Of a stretch of DNA of 64,000 bases, positions 59,177-64,000 are shown one piece after another. The position numbers were made by a program, and so were the translations under genes. Under the pieces are notes generated by a model. It did no database searches. It saw only the letters and a list, made by a program, of their open reading frames with translations, and had not been told where the DNA came from. The stretch is from Dawidia cretensis (GTDB lineage: Bacteria > Bacteroidota > Bacteroidia > Cytophagales > Cyclobacteriaceae): positions 1-64,000 of the forward strand of contig NZ_JAHESE010000025.1 in the NCBI RefSeq assembly GCF_018598175.1, read 5' to 3'. Within the stretch, counting starts at the first letter, position 1. Every line of letters starts with the position of its first letter.

Positions 59177-60250
59177 TTACGTGACATCCGTTGCGGAAAT
59201 GTATGCGGGGCGCGTACGGATGACGGCGGGCACCGTCTCGGGCACATTGACGAACTTGCAGATCACATCGCCACCGGCATTCTTCATGATCTTTTGTACA
59301 ACCCCCAAATCCAGGGTCTTCAACGTCCGAGTTAGTGCGGAATCTTCGTCAGCCACCGTAATAGCGGAATGCACCTGATATCTTGCCAGCAAGGCCTCGA
59401 TTAACCGCTGCAGATCGGCTTCGCATCCAGCAGCATGATAGATTCCTTCCAACGCCAGAAACGCGTACCGATGTCCCATGACGCGATTGAGCGATGGCAA
59501 ATGTGACACAAGGGATAACAGGAATTTGCCATAACGCCCCGGCAACGAGCGAACCTGCCAGCAGTCCGGTGTTGCCTGAACACCCGCTACGACCTCCCCT
59601 TTCGAGTTGCGTAGCACAAAGTACTGCCCGTCACGAAACAAGTTTTCGGTACTGAACATCGTATAATCGGCGTAGAAGCACGCCAGCCGTTGCTTCATAT
59701 CAGCCAACGCATCGTGCCCCTGAAGCGATTCGGGCCGTGCATCGCTTCGGAGGGTAAATCGTGTGAAAATAAAAGTGGAATAACGCCGGACCTGCTCGAA
59801 ACCAAACGCACGACATAACCGGACCGACCGCACGTTCCGGGGGTCCACGTACGCATAATGAAAATAGCCGCCGCTCGACCGCGCCCAGGTGTCTGTCTCC
59901 AGCAGCATGGCAATCTCCTGCCGCAAAGCACTCGTACGCTGTCCAACCCTATGCGCACGCGGCATGCGCTTAAACTGATCCAGGAAAGCAAAATACCGGA
60001 TGTAAAATGCCGGGGTCCAATCACCCGCCGCCGAAACTCTCCGGAAACAAAAACAGCACGTGCCCACCGTCTGGTCGCCGCGCTTCAGGCTGATGAAATA
60101 AGGATCGGCAATCCCCTCGATCTTTCGCGCTACCTGCGTATGCTGATAACACATACTCAATCCCGGGGTACCGATAACGTTGTAGGCCAGGATCTGCCGC
60201 ACCTGGGCGGATGGCGAGGGATGTATAGTTAAATACCTAAAATGTGTCAT
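59177..60250 (-). CDS. Hypothetical protein, possibly acyl-CoA N-acyltransferase-like
   Basis: 357-aa ORF with a good start context and no firm motif. Confidence 0.4.
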   Translation of the reverse strand: MTHFRYLTIHPSPSAQVRQILAYNVIGTPGLSMCYQHTQVARKIEGIADPYFISLKRGDQTVGTCCFCFRRVSAAGDWTPAFYIRYFAFLDQFKRMPRAHRVGQRTSALRQEIAMLLETDTWARSSGGYFHYAYVDPRNVRSVRLCRAFGFEQVRRYSTFIFTRFTLRSDARPESLQGHDALADMKQRLACFYADYTMFSTENLFRDGQYFVLRNSKGEVVAGVQATPDCWQVRSLPGRYGKFLLSLVSHLPSLNRVMGHRYAFLALEGIYHAAGCEADLQRLIEALLARYQVHSAITVADEDSALTRTLKTLDLGVVQKIMKNAGGDVICKFVNVPETVPAVIRTRPAYISATDVT

Positions 60251-60839
60251 AACGAACCCGGTACATCCTTTTCCAGAGAGCTGTTGAGGTGACCAAGATA
60301 GAGCCCTCCTCCCGGAAAATCAATCCGCTGATTCCCTCCCCTACTTTCTATTTCTGCCTCGCCGAAGAATATTCGTGTAGTCCACACCCCGTCTTACCAG
60401 TCTCCCTTTTTGCTTTCAGCAAGCATTTGAAATGGCCGGATAGATTTGTCGATACCCAAGAAGGTCACTCGATAAACAGTCTTTTTAAACGATTGAAATG
60501 TCGATTTTGAATTTAATATATTATTGACATTGATTCCTGCAGACCTTTTGTCATCTTTGAAATGCGATTTGTCTTTATTTAATCTACCATGAAGTTGTCT
60601 ACCTGCGGTGCCATGTGCCTTATCATGGCTGTGCTTTTACTAATCTATTCATCTCCACGTTCTCGGAAGATGTCAAGCGATTTAACTAGTCTTTTCTACT
60701 ACCGCTTACAGACGTAGCGTTGCGTGCTCACATGATTGTGTCTTGAACTTGCTGTGCGCATTCGGCTGTCCCAAGCTCAGTTTGGGAATGGTAAATAGAG
60801 TTAAATTTTGAATAGTGTATCGGAAAAATAAAAAGTAAT

Positions 60840-63737
60840 ATGAGAGTTCTCTATCTGTTGGTCGTTCTATTAATAGTCTGCACCGGCCTGTACGGCCAGC
60901 CACCTAGTGAAGTGAGTCTTTTGTCACCTAAAGCTGCTTCAATCCTTAAATACGGCGATTACCCGCCCACAATGTATAACGGCATGATCGATATAACGGT
61001 ACCGATATATACGATCGAGGCGCACGGTTTTAAGGTGCCCATCGAATTTAAATACCACGCTTCGGGAATCAAATACGATGATACCAGTAACGAAGTGGGG
61101 CTGGGATGGTCATTGATCTCCGGTGGCGTCATTAGCCGCTCGGTCAATGGCGCGCTAGATGGCTCGGTTGCCGGAACCTTTTCGAGGGATGTGTCAACAT
61201 TCGTGACATGCCCTGATATTAACTCCGAGTTGGATAACGATTATGTACGAATCCAACAAGTTGCGGCCGGAAGCAGCGGACAAAATACCGGGAACGGTTT
61301 GCAATTGGATGGTGAAATGGATACATACTCTTTTTCCTTTCTGGGCCACAGTGGTAGTTTTAGCTTCCCATTTTTGAATTCGGAGGTTGAAGCCGCAACG
61401 CATCCAACAGGTGGCAATGCGCTTTTTACACCCGCCAACGGAATGAGGGTAATTAGTTGCACGGGGCAAAAAATTGAAATACTCGATACGGAAGGCGTCT
61501 ATTACAAATTCGAAGTGAAAGATGAGGATCAAAACCTGCGGTTTAAAGAGTTTTACCTGACGCAAATCATATCTGTGGACAAGGCGGATACGGTGGACTT
61601 TACTTACGAGGTTGTATCGCAGTTCGTTAACTATATGCGGCGCCCCTATATAACATATACTGGCTCAGTTTTAACAAAAAGCGCGCAGGGAGGCCCCTCG
61701 GGCACCGAGGTCTCGCTCGAGTTTATTGAGGACGGAGGCGTATATATCCAGTATATGCGGCCACCCCGGCTTAAGCGTATCGACTTTCCGGGGGGATATG
61801 CAACGTTCGACTACGCCGTAAAGAACGAAGTAAAAACATGGGATTTGCAGCAGGTCAAGATTTATAACCAAACAGGAAGCACCCCTTTTCGAACCGTTAA
61901 CCTGACAAAGACGGCGTTCACCAACGGTGAGCAGCGACTAGATAAAGTTACGTTTAATCTGGGCACGTCGAACTCCTTTGATTATCAGTTTGGATATAAC
62001 GGTAGTCCATGGGGCATGTTTGCCCTTGGGCCCAAAGGAATAGATTATTGGGGCTACTTCAATGGAGCCATCGTTCCGTATGAAAAACAATACACACCCT
62101 ATTTCCCGGAATTGCCCTACCTAATACGCGGCAGCACCACCGATCGTCTGCCAAACGTATCGGTTATCCAACAAGGTGTGCTGAATAAAATAACATATCC
62201 TACCAAGGGATATTCAGAATTTACCTACGAACAGCATAGAGGCCGGTATTCTCTAAGTCAGCCGGTGGTAGCCTGCGGCGGTCTTCGTCTTGCAGAGATC
62301 CGCAATTATCTACCCGACGGTACGCTGGCAGAAAAGAAATGGTATAAATACGGAGCAGATGAATCTGGAATAGGGGTAACCAATACTATGCCGCCCAGTC
62401 CCACCGATTTTCGACGGACGACAACATCACTTCATACGGTTCGTAACGGTCACGGTACGCAGTACTTAGCCAAAGTGAGCTATAAGGATACATATTTGCC
62501 ATTTCCACGAGTTAGCTATTTTCTGATGGGAAGTGCTGCCGTCTATCCGCAGGTGACGGAGTACGCGGGCAATGCTACGGGGGCGTACGGTAAAACTGTG
62601 TATGAGTACGAAGTATTTGCAGATCAACAGATGTATTCAGAAGGATATACATACCGCTTGACAGCAGCGAGGCAATATGCCCGGACAAATCAGTGGAAGT
62701 CCGGTAACTTATCTGCGAAAACGGTATATAAGAAGAAAGACGACGAAACTTACGAGAAGGTATACTCCATTCGAAATGCATACATCGATATTAATAAAGC
62801 CGAATTCCGAAACGTGGCTGTGCTGCCTAATATAGAATTTACGTATGAGTGGGTAGGTTCAGGTTCAGCCATTCCGGATTATTTGACAAATTTTTGTGGT
62901 GTCCCTGAAGCATACCGTGGATACTTTCGCGAAAGACCGACCTTATGCCCGTATGATTATTATAATTATTACACCACTACGGGACTGCGGGTGCTGGCGT
63001 CCACCACAGAGGAGTCTGATGGCGTGTCGACGGTTACCTATTATAATGCTCACAACGTAAATGGCTTGCCGGCTAACGTCACGCGAACTTCCAGCGAAGG
63101 TGATAACGTCGTTACCGCATTCAAGTATTCGACAGATTTTGCCTATTCACCGTATGCGGACATGAAATCCGCCAATATTCTAACGCCTGTTATTGAAAAG
63201 ACCATCTCGAAAAATGGATTCATTATGCGAAGGGAAGCTACCAGCTATGGATACTGGCATTCCCGATTTTTTGCTCCCTCGTTCTATTCGGAGGGTAATC
63301 TGAACGAAAGCCCGGTGACCCGCATGGAGTATAAGTACGATCTGACGGGAAGCTTGCGGCAAATCTCCAAAGACGGCGCGGTAAAGAATGTTTACCTATG
63401 GGGCTATAACGCTCGGTATCCGATTGCCCAGATTCAGAATGCTACGTACGACCAAATCCAGGCGATCCTGGGACAACCATTGATCGAGCGGGTGGCAAGT
63501 GCTGCAGTGCCCGCTTCCGCCGATCTCACCGCGATCAACAACCTGCGTACCAACGCAGCATTGCCGGGTGCCCTGGTGACGACCTATTCCTACCAGCCTT
63601 TAATTGGAATGATCTCTCAGACGGACCCGAATGGAAATACATCGTCCTATGGCCTCGATTCGTTCGGAAGACTGGTGTCGATCAAAAATAGTGACGGCGT
63701 TTTCGTTCAAACGTACGAGTACATATACAAGAAATAA
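60840..63737 (+). CDS. Large secreted protein ending in YD/RHS-like repeats; N-terminal region resembles those preceding RHS proteins in Bacteroidota
   Basis: Signal peptide MRVLYLLVVLLIVCTGLYGQ. C-terminus ...DPNGNTSSYGLDSFGRLVSIKNSDGVFVQTYEYIY carries Yx(Y)Dxx-GR-L YD-repeat motifs. Confidence 0.5.
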   Translation: MRVLYLLVVLLIVCTGLYGQPPSEVSLLSPKAASILKYGDYPPTMYNGMIDITVPIYTIEAHGFKVPIEFKYHASGIKYDDTSNEVGLGWSLISGGVISRSVNGALDGSVAGTFSRDVSTFVTCPDINSELDNDYVRIQQVAAGSSGQNTGNGLQLDGEMDTYSFSFLGHSGSFSFPFLNSEVEAATHPTGGNALFTPANGMRVISCTGQKIEILDTEGVYYKFEVKDEDQNLRFKEFYLTQIISVDKADTVDFTYEVVSQFVNYMRRPYITYTGSVLTKSAQGGPSGTEVSLEFIEDGGVYIQYMRPPRLKRIDFPGGYATFDYAVKNEVKTWDLQQVKIYNQTGSTPFRTVNLTKTAFTNGEQRLDKVTFNLGTSNSFDYQFGYNGSPWGMFALGPKGIDYWGYFNGAIVPYEKQYTPYFPELPYLIRGSTTDRLPNVSVIQQGVLNKITYPTKGYSEFTYEQHRGRYSLSQPVVACGGLRLAEIRNYLPDGTLAEKKWYKYGADESGIGVTNTMPPSPTDFRRTTTSLHTVRNGHGTQYLAKVSYKDTYLPFPRVSYFLMGSAAVYPQVTEYAGNATGAYGKTVYEYEVFADQQMYSEGYTYRLTAARQYARTNQWKSGNLSAKTVYKKKDDETYEKVYSIRNAYIDINKAEFRNVAVLPNIEFTYEWVGSGSAIPDYLTNFCGVPEAYRGYFRERPTLCPYDYYNYYTTTGLRVLASTTEESDGVSTVTYYNAHNVNGLPANVTRTSSEGDNVVTAFKYSTDFAYSPYADMKSANILTPVIEKTISKNGFIMRREATSYGYWHSRFFAPSFYSEGNLNESPVTRMEYKYDLTGSLRQISKDGAVKNVYLWGYNARYPIAQIQNATYDQIQAILGQPLIERVASAAVPASADLTAINNLRTNAALPGALVTTYSYQPLIGMISQTDPNGNTSSYGLDSFGRLVSIKNSDGVFVQTYEYIYKK

Positions 63738-63759
63738 CGGGGTGTTTGCCAAACTTATC

Positions 63760-64000
63760 ATGAAACTATATAACAGCGCTCGTTTTGTTTTATTCAGTAT
63801 CTTTTTAGTTGGAAGCCTGCAAAATGCGATTGCACGGTCATATACCGTACCCCTGATAGGAAGCTCCGCAGCAGCACTGGGCGCAACAGACTGCCCGCCA
63901 GCACCTGCTTCCGCGACCGACGTCCATATGATCACCAACGCTTCGCAGCAGGTCACCCTGTCCGTTGCGATGGTGGCCGGTGCGAGCGGATATGCCTGGT
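63760..64000 (+). CDS. 5' part of a secreted protein ORF that runs off the window
   Basis: ATG at 63760, signal-like MKLYNSARFVLFSIFLVGSLQNAIA, and no stop before the window end. Confidence 0.35.
   Translation, partial: MKLYNSARFVLFSIFLVGSLQNAIARSYTVPLIGSSAAALGATDCPPAPASATDVHMITNASQQVTLSVAMVAGASGYAW

Noticed and set aside
60541-60660. Short ORF MKLSTCGAMCLIMAVLLLIYSS... in the divergent intergenic region
   Set aside because: Only ~33 codons with no ribosome-binding context. Cannot be supported without conservation data.

Overview
Gene-dense 64-kb chromosomal window, ~50% GC, from a Bacteroidota genome. Lineage markers: SusC/SusD pair, T9SS C-terminal sorting domain, ebo operon. All assignments below come from reading the translated ORFs and DNA; no searches were run.

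Content in order:
(i) A complete six-gene ebo cluster (eboA-F) on the minus strand, ending in a translationally coupled rlmF.
(ii) A housekeeping/accessory stretch: DUF4143 ATPase, M19 dipeptidase, LuxR and Crp/Fnr regulators, ClC channel, J-domain protein, OmpA-like protein, HAD and sugar-phosphate isomerases. An intergenic region carries a 5x tandem 32-33 bp repeat.
(iii) A large T9SS-sorted carbohydrate-active cargo protein.
(iv) A minus-strand operon joining an envelope-stress module (YbjN-like, PspA, NfeD/YqiJ-like, SPFH flotillin) to a giant 1613-aa MoxR-type AAA+ protein and a hypothetical protein, with a divergent XRE regulator. This is the most unusual architecture in the window.
(v) A GH43 gene, then a tightly overlapping seven-gene cassette that matches, from memory, the uncharacterized STM4011-STM4015 family set. 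It holds two radical SAM enzymes (one HemN-like), a sulfatase-like hydrolase, an ATP-grasp protein and an LRR protein, plus a HAD hydrolase and a small thioredoxin-like [2Fe-2S] ferredoxin.
(vi) A frameshifted VOC pseudogene, a GNAT gene remnant, and an unusual one-component transmembrane regulator (LamG + Kelch sensor, one TM, winged-helix output).
(vii) A polysaccharide utilization locus: surface lipoprotein, GH76-like enzyme, SusC, SusD, DUF3823-like lipoprotein and a large putative glycoside hydrolase. Its promoter region is packed with GGTTAA-type direct and inverted repeats.
(viii) A large secreted protein ending in YD/RHS-like repeats, followed by an ORF that runs off the window.

No rRNA, tRNA, CRISPR or obvious transposase was found.
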